Notes: a model not told the origin generated them from the sequence alone. A DNA stretch of 64,000 bases from an uncultured Candidatus Saccharibacteria bacterium (GCA_964544225.1 CAZIZK010000001.1:143477-207476), one strand, 5' to 3'; shown: positions 37,074 through 46,871, numbered from the stretch's first letter. Numbers and translations: made by a program.

Positions 37074-37191
37074 CCTTACAAAATAAGGGTTTTATAGAAA
37101 ATAGTCTTTTAAATAGTCTTTTTTAAATATGTCTCTTATAAACAATGCACACATAGTTATCCACATTTTCCTTATAAAATAAGGGTTTTAT
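37074..37191 (+). repeat. two copies of a 22-nt hairpin repeat (ccttaYaaaataagggttttat) flanking a tandem aaatagtctttt duplication, in the tRNA-flanked intergenic region
   Basis: 37074-37095 and 37170-37191 differ by one nucleotide. Each folds as ccctta-N5-taaggg followed by ttttat (mini-terminator-like). Confidence 0.5.
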
Positions 37192-37197
37192 GTGTGT

Positions 37198-37227
37198 AAA
37201 AAGACGCCCCATAAAGGGCGTCTTTTT
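37198..37227. terminator. bidirectional intrinsic terminator downstream of tRNA-Arg (minus strand)
   Basis: aaaagacgccc cataa agggcgtcttttt. Confidence 0.65.
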
Positions 37228-37240
37228 AGATTGTATTCTG

Positions 37241-37312
37241 TGCATCCAGAGGGATTCGAACCCCCAATGACGGTTCCGAAGACCGTAGTGATATCCATTT
37301 CACCATGGATGC
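37241..37312 (-). tRNA. tRNA-Arg (anticodon TCG), no encoded CCA
   Basis: Reverse complement folds as acceptor gcatcca/tggatgc, D-arm gtga-aatggata-tcac, anticodon stem acggt/accgt with loop cttcgga, T-arm ggggg-ttcgaat-ccctc. 72 nt. Confidence 0.75.
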
Positions 37313-37461
37313 AAGCTTATTTATTAATACAAAATTTAGTATACACTAAATAACACTATTTTAAAAGAACCCTTGTAAAATATACTTATAATTAAAATTG
37401 CAATAATAAACAAAAAGTAGTATAATCTAAGTCAGTTTTATATATGCATTATTAATTTAAT

Positions 37462-37532
37462 GCGGGATTGGTTTAGTGGTAGAACACGTCCTTGCCAAGG
37501 ATGAGACAGGAGTTCGATTCTCCTATCCCGCA
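37462..37532 (+). tRNA. tRNA-Gly (anticodon GCC), no encoded CCA
   Basis: Acceptor gcgggat/atcccgc, anticodon stem cgtcc/ggatg with loop ttgccaa, T-arm aggag-ttcgatt-ctcct. 71 nt. Confidence 0.85.
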
Positions 37533-37549
37533 CAAAATATAGTAACTCT

Positions 37550-39088
37550 ATGAGTGAAAACCTAAAAATAAATACGAGTAACATCCCGGATTATGTTACA
37601 CATGTAACAAATACACTCGAAAAAGCTGGTTTTGAGGCTTTCATCGTGGGTGGTTGTGTTCGTGATCTTATAATAAATAGGGTTCCAAAGGATTGGGATA
37701 TAACAACCAACGCTAATCCAGAGGAAATAATAGGTTTGTTTGAAAAGACTGTATACGAGAATACTTTCGGTACTGTTGCCGTATGTATACCTAAAATCAA
37801 TAAAATATCCGAAGATGTTTCAGGTGAAACATTAGAATCTGTTACACATGTAACAAAAGAGGCAGAAAGTAAGTATTATATCGTAGAAGTAACTCCATAC
37901 AGGAAAGAAGGGAAGTATACCGACAACAGGCACCCAGATAGCGTCCAATTCTCCCAAAACATAGGGGATGACCTCCAAAGGCGTGACTTTACTATCAATG
38001 CTATGGCTTTTAATAGTAAAGGACAGTTAATTGACCTTTATAAAGGACAAGAAGACCTAAAGGACAAGGTTATACGCACAGTGGGGGACCCAGATACAAG
38101 GTTCCAGGAAGATGCCTTGCGCCTGCTCCGAGCTATCCGATTTGCCACCGAGCTTGATTTTGCAGTTTCATATGAAACTATGGAGTCTATAGTAAGGAAT
38201 GCCGACTTGCTAGCCAATATATCAAAGGAGAGGGTGAGGGATGAATTCGTAAAGATAATAGCCAGTCGTAATGGGGCACAAGGTGTAGCCATGCTACAGA
38301 AGCTAGGCTTGATGAAACATATAATCCCCGAACTTGCAGAGGGTATAGGTTGTGACCAGGGTGGCGCACATATATATGATGTGTTTGAACACCTACTAGG
38401 TGCACTAGGCCACGCTATCGATAAGGGTTACTCGGTCCAGATCCGCCTGGCGGCACTGTTACACGACATAGGCAAGCCACGAACTCGCAGACCAGGGGTA
38501 AAGAAGGCGTACACATTCTACGGCCATGAAGTGGTGGGTGCCCGTATGACAAAGAAGATACTGGAAGGGTTAAAGTTCGATAAGCAAACTATAGACTTTG
38601 TTACCAATATGGTGCGCCGACACATGTTCTTCTCTGACACTGAGCAGATTACACTATCTGCAGTACGCAGGGTAATACAGAATGTAGGTCCGGAACATAT
38701 CTGGGAACTGATGGAGATCCGTGAGTGCGATAGGGTAGGTATGAAGAAGAACGAGGCTCCATACCGACTACGCAAGTACCACGCCATGATCGAAGAAGCT
38801 CTGCGTGACCCAATAAGTGTTAAACAGCTGAAAGTAGATGGCAAAATACTGATGGAAGAATTGGGTATCAAAGCCGGCCCACGTATGGGCTGGATACTCA
38901 ATGCATTACTAGAGGAAGTGCTAGATGACCCAAATAAAAATACCCGCGAGTACTTAGACGGCAGGGTAGGTGAGTTGGATAAATTGTCAGATACTGAGCT
39001 ATCAGCACTGGGTGAAAAAGCTAAAGAAAAGAAAGAGGAATTGGAAGGGGAAGAGGTAGCCAAACTTCACAAGAAGCATAAAGTATAA
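37550..39088 (+). CDS. cca: CCA-adding tRNA nucleotidyltransferase with HD domain
   Basis: Pol-beta-type head (FIVGGCVRDLI...DWDITT), tRNA-NT body (RRDFTINAMAF, ERVRDEF) and HD motif (LLHDIGKP). Confidence 0.9.
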   Translation: MSENLKINTSNIPDYVTHVTNTLEKAGFEAFIVGGCVRDLIINRVPKDWDITTNANPEEIIGLFEKTVYENTFGTVAVCIPKINKISEDVSGETLESVTHVTKEAESKYYIVEVTPYRKEGKYTDNRHPDSVQFSQNIGDDLQRRDFTINAMAFNSKGQLIDLYKGQEDLKDKVIRTVGDPDTRFQEDALRLLRAIRFATELDFAVSYETMESIVRNADLLANISKERVRDEFVKIIASRNGAQGVAMLQKLGLMKHIIPELAEGIGCDQGGAHIYDVFEHLLGALGHAIDKGYSVQIRLAALLHDIGKPRTRRPGVKKAYTFYGHEVVGARMTKKILEGLKFDKQTIDFVTNMVRRHMFFSDTEQITLSAVRRVIQNVGPEHIWELMEIRECDRVGMKKNEAPYRLRKYHAMIEEALRDPISVKQLKVDGKILMEELGIKAGPRMGWILNALLEEVLDDPNKNTREYLDGRVGELDKLSDTELSALGEKAKEKKEELEGEEVAKLHKKHKV

Positions 39089-39100
39089 AACAGCAAAATA

Positions 39101-39135
39101 AAAAGCCTGGTTATACAGACCAGGCTTTTTGTTTT
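39101..39135 (+). terminator. intrinsic terminator after cca
   Basis: aaaagcctggt tatacag accaggctttt tgtttt. Confidence 0.7.
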
Positions 39136-39257
39136 GATTCACACTTTTTTATTTTTTTCGGTTATTTTAAATATTAAAAAACCAATTAGATACAAAAGTG
39201 TATATCCTAAAGCACACAACATTAGCATGACTATAGGACTTACTTGATGGTTCATAA

Positions 39258-39605
39258 CTACATTCTTTCTATTTGTATGCACAAATCAGCATCTTTAATA
39301 CTTACAGTTACTTTTTTTGTGCCCATGTCTAAACAATAAGGAACACCTGATGTTTTATACAAAAATTTCAGGTTTATAATATTTTGCTCACTAAGCAAAA
39401 CTTTACCAAAACTTGAGTCTATATTCTGATAATTTAGGATATAGCTCTCTTGATTTATAGAAAACCAACACATAGTGGGGTATTTCGACATGTCTTTACG
39501 AAGTATCTTATTTTGAAATATCATCAAAATAGCCTTTAATGCAGAAGCATATCCTTGCGGAATTTTTTTGTTCATATTCATGATTGAAAATTTATATTTA
39601 TCCAA
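39258..39605 (-). CDS. hypothetical protein
   Basis: 115-aa ORF; no motif recognised. Confidence 0.3.
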   Translation of the reverse strand: MDKYKFSIMNMNKKIPQGYASALKAILMIFQNKILRKDMSKYPTMCWFSINQESYILNYQNIDSSFGKVLLSEQNIINLKFLYKTSGVPYCLDMGTKKVTVSIKDADLCIQIERM

Positions 39606-39640
39606 ACTTTACCCCTATTTTAATAGCATGTCAACAACAC

Positions 39641-39671
39641 AAAATCCCCTAGGTATTGCCTAGGGGATTTT
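39641..39671. terminator. palindromic terminator (AAAATCCCC...GGGGATTTT family)
   Basis: aaaatcccctaggtattgcctaggggatttt. Confidence 0.65.
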
Positions 39672-39686
39672 GTTAAAAAAATGAAT

Positions 39687-40292
39687 TTATTTTACAGGAA
39701 CAGTAACTGTAAGTTCCACAACTTCATTTGCAAATTTCTGAACTATGCCGAAATCTTTCATGTTTATGTTGAAATTAGATACGTATTGCATGCCATCTTT
39801 CTTTGCTGGCAAAGTAACATTTTTTGTAACACCATGAACTGTTAGCAATCCTGAGATGTTGGTATTAGTGAAAGAAGTAATCTTGAATGTTGCTTTTGGG
39901 TAGACAGCTACATCAAAGAAGTCTGCGCTCTTTAGATGATTTTGCAATTTTTCACTATCTGGAGCTTGTAGTGTGGTCATATCAACCTCGATACTACCAG
40001 TCAACTTGTTGTCTGTAAATGCTAAATTAGAATTGATTGTTCCAAAGCTTCCAACGTGTGACTTATCAGGGCCAAAACCTTTAAAAGATATCTTTACATT
40101 GGCATTATCAACCATTAGTCCAACCTTGTTTGTATTTGTAGTATCTGTCTTTATTTCAGATGGATCTTCGCTAACACTAGTAACATCAGTAACAACAGCG
40201 GTAGGGATACTAGTATCTGGCTGTGGACGATTTGCCCACCATATTACGCCTGCTAAAACTAAAATAACTAAAACAATGATTATTTTCTTCAT
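39687..40292 (-). CDS. YceI-like periplasmic protein
   Basis: Signal/TM anchor then a YceI-like beta-barrel (FDVAVYPKATFKITSF...LTVHGVTKNVTL). Confidence 0.75.
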   Translation of the reverse strand: MKKIIIVLVILVLAGVIWWANRPQPDTSIPTAVVTDVTSVSEDPSEIKTDTTNTNKVGLMVDNANVKISFKGFGPDKSHVGSFGTINSNLAFTDNKLTGSIEVDMTTLQAPDSEKLQNHLKSADFFDVAVYPKATFKITSFTNTNISGLLTVHGVTKNVTLPAKKDGMQYVSNFNINMKDFGIVQKFANEVVELTVTVPVK

Positions 40293-40412
40293 AAGAATAT
40301 TTAAAAAATTATTAATATATGTTTATTATACTATAAAAAATAGGGGATTCTCATGCTGGACAAAATACACCTTTTGTGTTATACTAGATACAAATATATA
40401 ATACCTTAAAAA

Positions 40413-40910
40413 ATGAAAAATCTAAAAAACTTCGTCTTGGCAGTCGAGATATTCCTGTCAAAAAAAGTGTTTGCCTACCTATTTCTAGGCTTTTCAGTTG
40501 TAACACTGTTCTATGTAGTAAAATCCTGGACAAATACTCCAGAAATGCAACAGTTGTTGTGGCTAAGTCTTACAAAAATGTGGTTAGCAATTCCTTTTTT
40601 AGCATTTCATGTTATGCAACTAATTGCATATCATGAAAAAAGCCAGTACCCTGGTATCAATCCAAAAATAAGTATATTTAGCAGTAGGACCATCGCGTTC
40701 AGCTATCTAGCATATATTTCTGGAATAGGTTTATTTTTTGCTGTATTTCTCGGATGTAAAGCATATAATTTTTACATCAACATAGACAACGAAGAAAGAA
40801 AACCTATTATTACGTGGTTCATCTGGGATTGTGTTGCAGTTATAACGATAAGTTTGATTGCATACAATATGTCAAATCATGTAACCATGGAGGATATCCT
40901 AGGTTATTAA
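40413..40910 (+). CDS. hypothetical polytopic membrane protein
   Basis: Four or five predicted TM helices; no motif. Confidence 0.4.
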   Translation: MKNLKNFVLAVEIFLSKKVFAYLFLGFSVVTLFYVVKSWTNTPEMQQLLWLSLTKMWLAIPFLAFHVMQLIAYHEKSQYPGINPKISIFSSRTIAFSYLAYISGIGLFFAVFLGCKAYNFYINIDNEERKPIITWFIWDCVAVITISLIAYNMSNHVTMEDILGY

Positions 40911-40955
40911 AAAACATTTCAAATTTGATAAAGCTCCAGCTACTGGGGCTTTTTT

Positions 40956-41750
40956 TTATTTTAGCTCGAGGATGATAGGGCAGTGGTCGGACCCCATGTA
41001 GTCAGAGAGCATTTTTGACTCAACAACTTTCTTCATCAGATTTGCAGATACAAAGAAATAATCAATACGCCAACCCACATTTCGGGTACGTGAAGCTGTC
41101 TTCTGATCCCAATACGTATACATGTCCTTTGCATTTGGATAAAGTGTTCGAAATGTATCGACATAGCCGGCCTTGATCACCTTTGTTATCCATGCACGCT
41201 CGATAGGAAGGAAGCCTGTGTTCTCCTCGTTTGCTTTTGGCCGAGCAAGATCTACTTCGGTATGTGCAGTGTTCACATCACCAGTAAATATTATTGCATA
41301 ACCCAATTTCTTTTTCTTCTCTATAAATTTCAGGAATGCTTCGTAGAATTTCAATTTGTATTCCAGGCGGTGTGGACCCTGACCACCGTTCGGGTAGTAG
41401 CCATTGATCAGAACTGTCTTACTCTTTGTACTACCTAAACCTTTGTTGAAATACAATATAACTAGTCGGCCTTCTTGGTCCAACTCTTTGATACCCATTC
41501 CGTATTCCACTTTGTCGGGCATCACCTTTGTATACACCGCCACACCACTATAACCTTTACGTTCAAGTGAAGGGGATAGGTAGAAATGATAATCTTTGAA
41601 ATTTATTATCTCTTTTGGTAGCTGATCCATCTCGCTCTTTGTCTCTTGAAGGCAGACAATGTCGGGCGTGTATTTAGTAAACAGTGACTCAAAGTGCCCC
41701 TGCTTCACAGTAGCCCGTAATCCATTTGTATTCCAAGATATGATTTTCAT
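40956..41750 (-). CDS. xth: exodeoxyribonuclease III
   Basis: MKIISWNTNGLRA, QETK, DVNTAHTEVD and SDHCPI are ExoIII/APE motifs. Confidence 0.9.
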   Translation of the reverse strand: MKIISWNTNGLRATVKQGHFESLFTKYTPDIVCLQETKSEMDQLPKEIINFKDYHFYLSPSLERKGYSGVAVYTKVMPDKVEYGMGIKELDQEGRLVILYFNKGLGSTKSKTVLINGYYPNGGQGPHRLEYKLKFYEAFLKFIEKKKKLGYAIIFTGDVNTAHTEVDLARPKANEENTGFLPIERAWITKVIKAGYVDTFRTLYPNAKDMYTYWDQKTASRTRNVGWRIDYFFVSANLMKKVVESKMLSDYMGSDHCPIILELK

Positions 41751-41767
41751 AAAAACATTATACCTTT

Positions 41768-42727
41768 TTATTTCTTCCCGTGGAATTTCTTGTGGATTTC
41801 ACGAAGTTGTTTGTCAGTCACGTGCGTATATATCTGTGTAGTTGCAATATTGGCATGGCCGAGCATCATCTGCACGCTACGTATATCGGCGCCGTTCTCT
41901 AGTAAGTCAGTGGCAAAGCTGTGGCGGATAACGTGCGGAGTCACCTTCTTTGATATACCAGCAACGATAGCATAGTGTGCAACTATACGCTCTATGGATC
42001 GGGGAGTCAGGCGCCCTGTACCTTTTTTATTATTAGACTGTTGGATAAACATAGGTTCGTCCATGTCACGGCGGTTCTTTAGATAGCTACGTATGGCATC
42101 TTTTGCAGAATCAGACAGGAAGACCACACGCACCTTCTCGCCCTTACCACGGATAGAGAACTCGTCTTTCGACAAATCTAGATCACGGTTCAGCGAACAT
42201 AGTTCGGATAGACGAAGCCCTGTCGAGAAGAACAGTTCAAGTATCGCTTTGTCGCGTAGGCACTTCAAAGCTTCTGAGTTTGAATCCTTATTTACTTTTG
42301 AGTCCAACTTATTTAGTACCTGGCTCGGTGCATTCAAAAGCCGAGATAACTCGTCGCCAGATATGAGGTCCAGGTGCCTGCCAGTAACTTTAGCAAGCTC
42401 GATCCTATCTGGGGCAAGCGATGTAACACCACGTTTCATCAGATATTTCAGAAATGCGCGCAATGCAATGAGGTGATAGTTCTGAGTGTTCTTCTTTAGT
42501 GTGGCACTTTGCTGGCCTTTTACCTTTACCCCTGGGAGCCTGTTGATATGTAGGCGGAATTCGCGAACAGTATTGTCAGTTATGTCCTTTGGGACTGTAA
42601 TTTTACCAACTTCGAAGAAGCGAGTAAGGTAGTGGTCATAATTACGAACAGTCAGGAGGCTGTTGCCTTTCTCGATCTCTACATGTTCGAGGAACTCACG
42701 TTTCAATTGTTCAATAGATGTTGCCAT
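41768..42727 (-). CDS. tyrosine recombinase XerC/XerD-like
   Basis: C-terminal catalytic block HVIRHSFATDLLENGADIRSVQMMLGHANIATTQIYTHV (R..HxxR...Y) and an N-terminal SAM-like domain. Confidence 0.85.
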   Translation of the reverse strand: MATSIEQLKREFLEHVEIEKGNSLLTVRNYDHYLTRFFEVGKITVPKDITDNTVREFRLHINRLPGVKVKGQQSATLKKNTQNYHLIALRAFLKYLMKRGVTSLAPDRIELAKVTGRHLDLISGDELSRLLNAPSQVLNKLDSKVNKDSNSEALKCLRDKAILELFFSTGLRLSELCSLNRDLDLSKDEFSIRGKGEKVRVVFLSDSAKDAIRSYLKNRRDMDEPMFIQQSNNKKGTGRLTPRSIERIVAHYAIVAGISKKVTPHVIRHSFATDLLENGADIRSVQMMLGHANIATTQIYTHVTDKQLREIHKKFHGKK

Positions 42728-42808
42728 ATCAATGTCGTAAAACAATTATAGCATGAAAATAGTCTGCCAGGGCAGGCTATTGCAATTTTTAGCAATATAT
42801 GCTATTAT

Positions 42809-43075
42809 GTGCCCATGTTAACAACAAAGAAAAAGCAGAATATCATTAAGAAAAACCAAGTTCATGACACTGATACTGGTTCTCCTGAGGTTCAGATCGC
42901 TATGCTTTCAGAGCGTATTGACGAACTAGCTACTCACTTAAAGAAGCACAAGAAGGATAATCACTCACGACGCGGACTTATAAAGATGGTTGCTGACCGC
43001 CGTGGTCACCTAAAGCACCTCGAGAAGTCTGACAAGACTCGTCACACACAAGCTCTCAAGAAAATTAAAGCTTAA
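42809..43075 (+). CDS. rpsO: 30S ribosomal protein S15
   Basis: DTGSPEVQIAMLSERIDELATHLKKHKKDNHSRRGLIKMVADRRGHLKHL is classic S15. Confidence 0.9.
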   Translation: MPMLTTKKKQNIIKKNQVHDTDTGSPEVQIAMLSERIDELATHLKKHKKDNHSRRGLIKMVADRRGHLKHLEKSDKTRHTQALKKIKA

Positions 43076-43163
43076 ATGAAAAACTCCTGCAAGGGAGTTT
43101 TTCATTTTGTGGTACAATTACCTTATCGGGGTAATATTTTATATTTAAAGATTACAAATAATT

Positions 43164-43667
43164 ATGATAATCAAACACAAAGAACAACGCGTAGGGGTAT
43201 TCATTGATACATCGAACTTATACCACAGCGCAAAGAATTTATATAAGAAGAAGGTCAATTTCGGCCAAGTATTAAAAGACGCAGTAGCAGACAGAAAGCT
43301 CGTGCGTGCAACAGCATATGTGATCACCAGCGAAGGTGGCGACGAGAAGAACTTTTTCGACGCATTGACCAAGCTCGGTATAGAAACAAAGACAAAAGAA
43401 CTCCAGATATTCGCTGGTGGTGCAAAGAAGGGCGACTGGGATGTGGGTATCACAGTCGATGTTATAAAGATGTCACAGAGACTTGACGCAGTAGTATTGG
43501 TAACCGGCGACGGTGACTATGTACCACTTGTAGAATACCTGCAAGCACAACTCGTACAGGTAGAGGTGGTGTCTTTTGGTAAGTCTACTTCTATGAAGCT
43601 AAAGGAGGTGGCCGACGACTTCATCGACTTGTCAAAGAACCCTCGCAAATACTTAATAGGTAGGTAA
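43164..43667 (+). CDS. NYN-domain (LabA-like) protein
   Basis: RVGVFIDTSNLY ... LVTGDGDYVPLV are NYN/PIN-like acidic motifs. Confidence 0.75.
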   Translation: MIIKHKEQRVGVFIDTSNLYHSAKNLYKKKVNFGQVLKDAVADRKLVRATAYVITSEGGDEKNFFDALTKLGIETKTKELQIFAGGAKKGDWDVGITVDVIKMSQRLDAVVLVTGDGDYVPLVEYLQAQLVQVEVVSFGKSTSMKLKEVADDFIDLSKNPRKYLIGR

Positions 43668-43675
43668 ATACATTT

Positions 43676-44539
43676 ATGGAAGCATTGTTACCTGTCACAT
43701 ACACACATGACATATCCGACATACATTCGGGTGGATTTTCTGTACAAGATGAGGTGACACTAGGGATAGAGGCCGGGACTCTATCTGTGCAGATAAACAC
43801 TTTGCACGAGTTAGTAACACTGCATCGAATAAATATAGGAAAGAATTTAGAAAAGTATAAAGAATTATGCATAATAAAAAGTGAGGAATATGCTGAAGTG
43901 AAACCAGGTGTGTTCGTACACAATACTGCTACCGTAGATGACCAAGTAGTTTTCAATACAACAAATGGAATCATAGTAGTAGAGGAAGGTGTGCACATAA
44001 ATCCATTTACATATCTAGCTGGCCCACTACGCATAGACAAACACGCAACAATAAACCCACTTACCAATATTTCTGGAAGTTATATTGGTAAGTTCTGCAA
44101 AGTGGGTGGTGAAGTAGCAAACAGTGTTATAGAAGAGTACAGCAACAAAGGCCATTATGGATATGTGGGTGACAGCTTCATAGGTAGCTGGGTGAACTTG
44201 GGTGGGGGGACATCGACTTCAAACCTAAAGAATACTTATGGTACTATAAAAATGAATGGTGTTGATACAGGCGAACAATTCCTCGGATCTATCATTTGTG
44301 ATTATGTGAAGACTGCAGTGAACACCAGCATATATACTGGCAAAGTAATAGGGGTAGGGAGTCATATATATGGAACTGTTACAAGTGATGTGGAAAATTG
44401 TGTAAATTATTATTCCAAAGATAACATAACAAATATACCGATAGAAGTAATAGAAAAAACTGCAAAAAGGATGATGGCGCGCCGTGGGGTAGAATACACA
44501 AATGATGATAAGGAAAAATTAGAATTAATTTATAAATAA
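43676..44539 (+). CDS. left-handed beta-helix (hexapeptide-repeat) protein of unknown function
   Basis: Repeated [IVL]G-x-x-x-x-[IV] hexapeptide pattern through the C-terminal two thirds; it starts 9 bp after the NYN gene. Confidence 0.45.
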   Translation: MEALLPVTYTHDISDIHSGGFSVQDEVTLGIEAGTLSVQINTLHELVTLHRINIGKNLEKYKELCIIKSEEYAEVKPGVFVHNTATVDDQVVFNTTNGIIVVEEGVHINPFTYLAGPLRIDKHATINPLTNISGSYIGKFCKVGGEVANSVIEEYSNKGHYGYVGDSFIGSWVNLGGGTSTSNLKNTYGTIKMNGVDTGEQFLGSIICDYVKTAVNTSIYTGKVIGVGSHIYGTVTSDVENCVNYYSKDNITNIPIEVIEKTAKRMMARRGVEYTNDDKEKLELIYK

Positions 44540-44546
44540 AAATATT

Positions 44547-45488
44547 ATGACAAAAGTTTTAATAATGGGTGCGTGTGGTCAGATAGGGGTAGAGTTAACA
44601 TTGGCACTCAGGAAGATCCATGGCGATGCCAATGTGATAGCAAGCGATATAAAGGAGAACCACCCACTACTTGCATCTGGGCCATTCGTACAACTCGACG
44701 CAACTGATGCTGTGAAGACCAAGGGTATAGTAGAGGAGAACGGTATCACTGAAATATATTTACTAGCAGCACTACTTTCTGCCACAGGTGAGCAGAACCC
44801 AAAGCTCTGCTGGGATCTAAACATGGCAAGCCTTCGCCAAGTGCTGGACCTGGGAGTAGAGAAGAATTTGAAGATATTCTGGCCTTCATCTATAGCAGTA
44901 TTCGGCGCTACAACACCGAGAGATAATACAGCTCAGAAGACTATAATAGAACCAACAACTATGTATGGTGTTACTAAATACGCAGGTGAACTACTATGCC
45001 AATACTATGCGAACCGTTATAGTTTGGATGTACGTTCTGTTCGCTACCCAGGGCTCATAAGTTGGAAGTCAGCCCCAGGTGGTGGAACTACCGATTACGC
45101 TGTTGAGATATTCTACGAAGCGATAAAGAATAATAAATACACAAGCTTCCTCTCAGAAAATAGCTACCTACCTATGATGTATATGGACGATGCCATCCGT
45201 GCAACTATCGAGCTAATGCAGGCAGATAAGAGCAAGCTATCTACACACATGTCATACAACTTATCTGCGATAAGCTTCTCTCCAAAAGAAATTGCCGAAG
45301 AAGTAGCGAAGCATATGCCAGGTTTTGAAATATCATATGCACCAGACCACAGGCAAAAAATTGCCGACGGTTGGCCAGCAAGTATAGACGACACTTTGGC
45401 CCGCACCGACTGGGGCTGGAAGCATGAATTTGATCTAGCCAAAATGACTGAAGTAATGTTGATAAATTTAAAAGAGAAATTAAAGTAA
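44547..45488 (+). CDS. tdh: NAD-dependent L-threonine 3-dehydrogenase (GalE-like short-chain type)
   Basis: N-terminal Rossmann fold MTKVLIMGACGQIGVEL and epimerase/dehydratase fold; gene context immediately upstream of kbl. Confidence 0.75.
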   Translation: MTKVLIMGACGQIGVELTLALRKIHGDANVIASDIKENHPLLASGPFVQLDATDAVKTKGIVEENGITEIYLLAALLSATGEQNPKLCWDLNMASLRQVLDLGVEKNLKIFWPSSIAVFGATTPRDNTAQKTIIEPTTMYGVTKYAGELLCQYYANRYSLDVRSVRYPGLISWKSAPGGGTTDYAVEIFYEAIKNNKYTSFLSENSYLPMMYMDDAIRATIELMQADKSKLSTHMSYNLSAISFSPKEIAEEVAKHMPGFEISYAPDHRQKIADGWPASIDDTLARTDWGWKHEFDLAKMTEVMLINLKEKLK

Positions 45489-45511
45489 AGAGTTAATTTA
45501 AATCTTTACTT

Positions 45512-45602
45512 GGCATATCTTTTCTTTGGGTACGGATTTTTTGAAGCTTAAAAAATCCTGAAGTTTGCTCGCCGTCGCTCGCAAAACCCCCTCGAAAAGA
45601 TA
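45512..45602 (-). repeat. MITE-like / REP-like repeat, copy B (inverted relative to copy A at 53643-53730), in the tdh-kbl intergenic region
   Basis: Reverse complement aligns at approx. 85% identity with 53643-53730 (shared gggggttttg.g.gcgacggcga.caaacttcagga...aaaaaatc.gtaccc). Imperfect approx. 15-bp terminal inverted repeats (atcttttcgaggggg / acccaaagaaaagat). Confidence 0.65.
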
Positions 45603-45647
45603 CGCCTGCGATGATTTAAATTGGTAAAAATTTTATAATATAAAAAT

Positions 45648-46856
45648 ATGTATACAAAAAAGATAAAAGATTTTATAGAAGGTGATTTGCAAGCAATAAA
45701 AAATGCTGGCAAGTTCAAGGTGGAGAAGGTGATAGATGGTGCCCAAGGTACACATGTAAATGTCGGGGGTAAAGATTTGATAATGTTCGCTTCGAATAAT
45801 TATCTAGGTATGGCCAACCACCCAACACTGGTTGAAGCTGCAAAGAAAGGTTTGGATCAATACGGCTTTGGCACAGCATCAGTCCGCTTCCTATCCGGTA
45901 CACAGACAATCCACCACGAGCTGGAGCAGAGGATTGCCAAATTCATCGGCACCGAAGATGCCATAGTTTACTCTACGAACTTCATGGCGAACCTAGGGCT
46001 CTTTGCAACATTGGTAAATGAAAGTTTTGGTGCGACTGAGCCATGGAAAGATGTCATATATAGTGATGCCAACAATCATGCATCTATCATAGACGCATTT
46101 AAACTTTGCAAAAAAGAAAATCTGGATAAAAGGATCTACAAAGGTGGTGACCTAGATATGCTGGCACAAATGTTGGAAGAAGATAAAGATAAAAATTATA
46201 GAAATAAAATAATAGCAACCGATGGCATATTCAGCATGGAGGGGACAATGACTAACCTACCAAAGTTAATCGAGCTTGCAAACAAATACGAGGCATTACT
46301 GTTCGTAGACGATGCGCACGGTGTGGGTGTAGTGGGCGAACATGGCCGTGGAACTGCCGAGGCACAAAATGTATTAGGGCAAATCGATATTATCAGTGGA
46401 ACCTTCGGCAAGGCTCTCGGTGGTGCTGTCGGTGGATACATTGGTGGAAGTAGTGCACTTGTAGAACTACTTCGCCAGAAATCTCGCACATACCTTTTCT
46501 CCAACGCATTGCCAGCAAGTGTGGCACTAGCGGGTATCGCATCATTAGATTTACTCGAATCAAACAATAATCTAACAAATAACGTAAAAGAGTCTGCACT
46601 ATATTTCCGCCAGAAATTAGAAGAGAACGATCTTCCAACACTACCAGGCAATCATGCTATCGTGCCACTGATGATAGGTGATGCGAGCCGTGCAAGCGAA
46701 TTATCAAAGAAATTGTACGAAGAGGGTATCTATGCTGTTTCACTCTCATTCCCGGTTGTACCAGAGGGTGAAGCCCGCATCCGCTTCCAACTATCGGCCC
46801 TACATACAAAAGACGATATCGACAAAGCAATCGAAGCAATAAAAAAAGTTTGGTAA
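45648..46856 (+). CDS. kbl: 2-amino-3-ketobutyrate CoA ligase (glycine C-acetyltransferase)
   Basis: PLP-dependent AOS family: SNNYLGMANHP, DDAHGVGVVG, PLP-lysine context GTFGKALGGAVGGY. Confidence 0.85.
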   Translation: MYTKKIKDFIEGDLQAIKNAGKFKVEKVIDGAQGTHVNVGGKDLIMFASNNYLGMANHPTLVEAAKKGLDQYGFGTASVRFLSGTQTIHHELEQRIAKFIGTEDAIVYSTNFMANLGLFATLVNESFGATEPWKDVIYSDANNHASIIDAFKLCKKENLDKRIYKGGDLDMLAQMLEEDKDKNYRNKIIATDGIFSMEGTMTNLPKLIELANKYEALLFVDDAHGVGVVGEHGRGTAEAQNVLGQIDIISGTFGKALGGAVGGYIGGSSALVELLRQKSRTYLFSNALPASVALAGIASLDLLESNNNLTNNVKESALYFRQKLEENDLPTLPGNHAIVPLMIGDASRASELSKKLYEEGIYAVSLSFPVVPEGEARIRFQLSALHTKDDIDKAIEAIKKVW

Positions 46857-46871
46857 ACAATTAATTAAAAT

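Noticed and set aside
37074-37191. Possible CRISPR array in the tRNA-flanked spacer.
   Set aside because: Only two copies of a 22-nt repeat with unequal spacing, plus a tandem dodecamer. There is no regular repeat-spacer periodicity and no cas genes in the window.
41768-42745. Xer-like tyrosine recombinase as a marker of an integrated mobile element.
   Set aside because: It has no adjacent phage, plasmid or transposase genes, no flanking direct repeats, and is not tRNA-adjacent. It is more consistent with the chromosomal XerC/D dimer-resolution recombinase.
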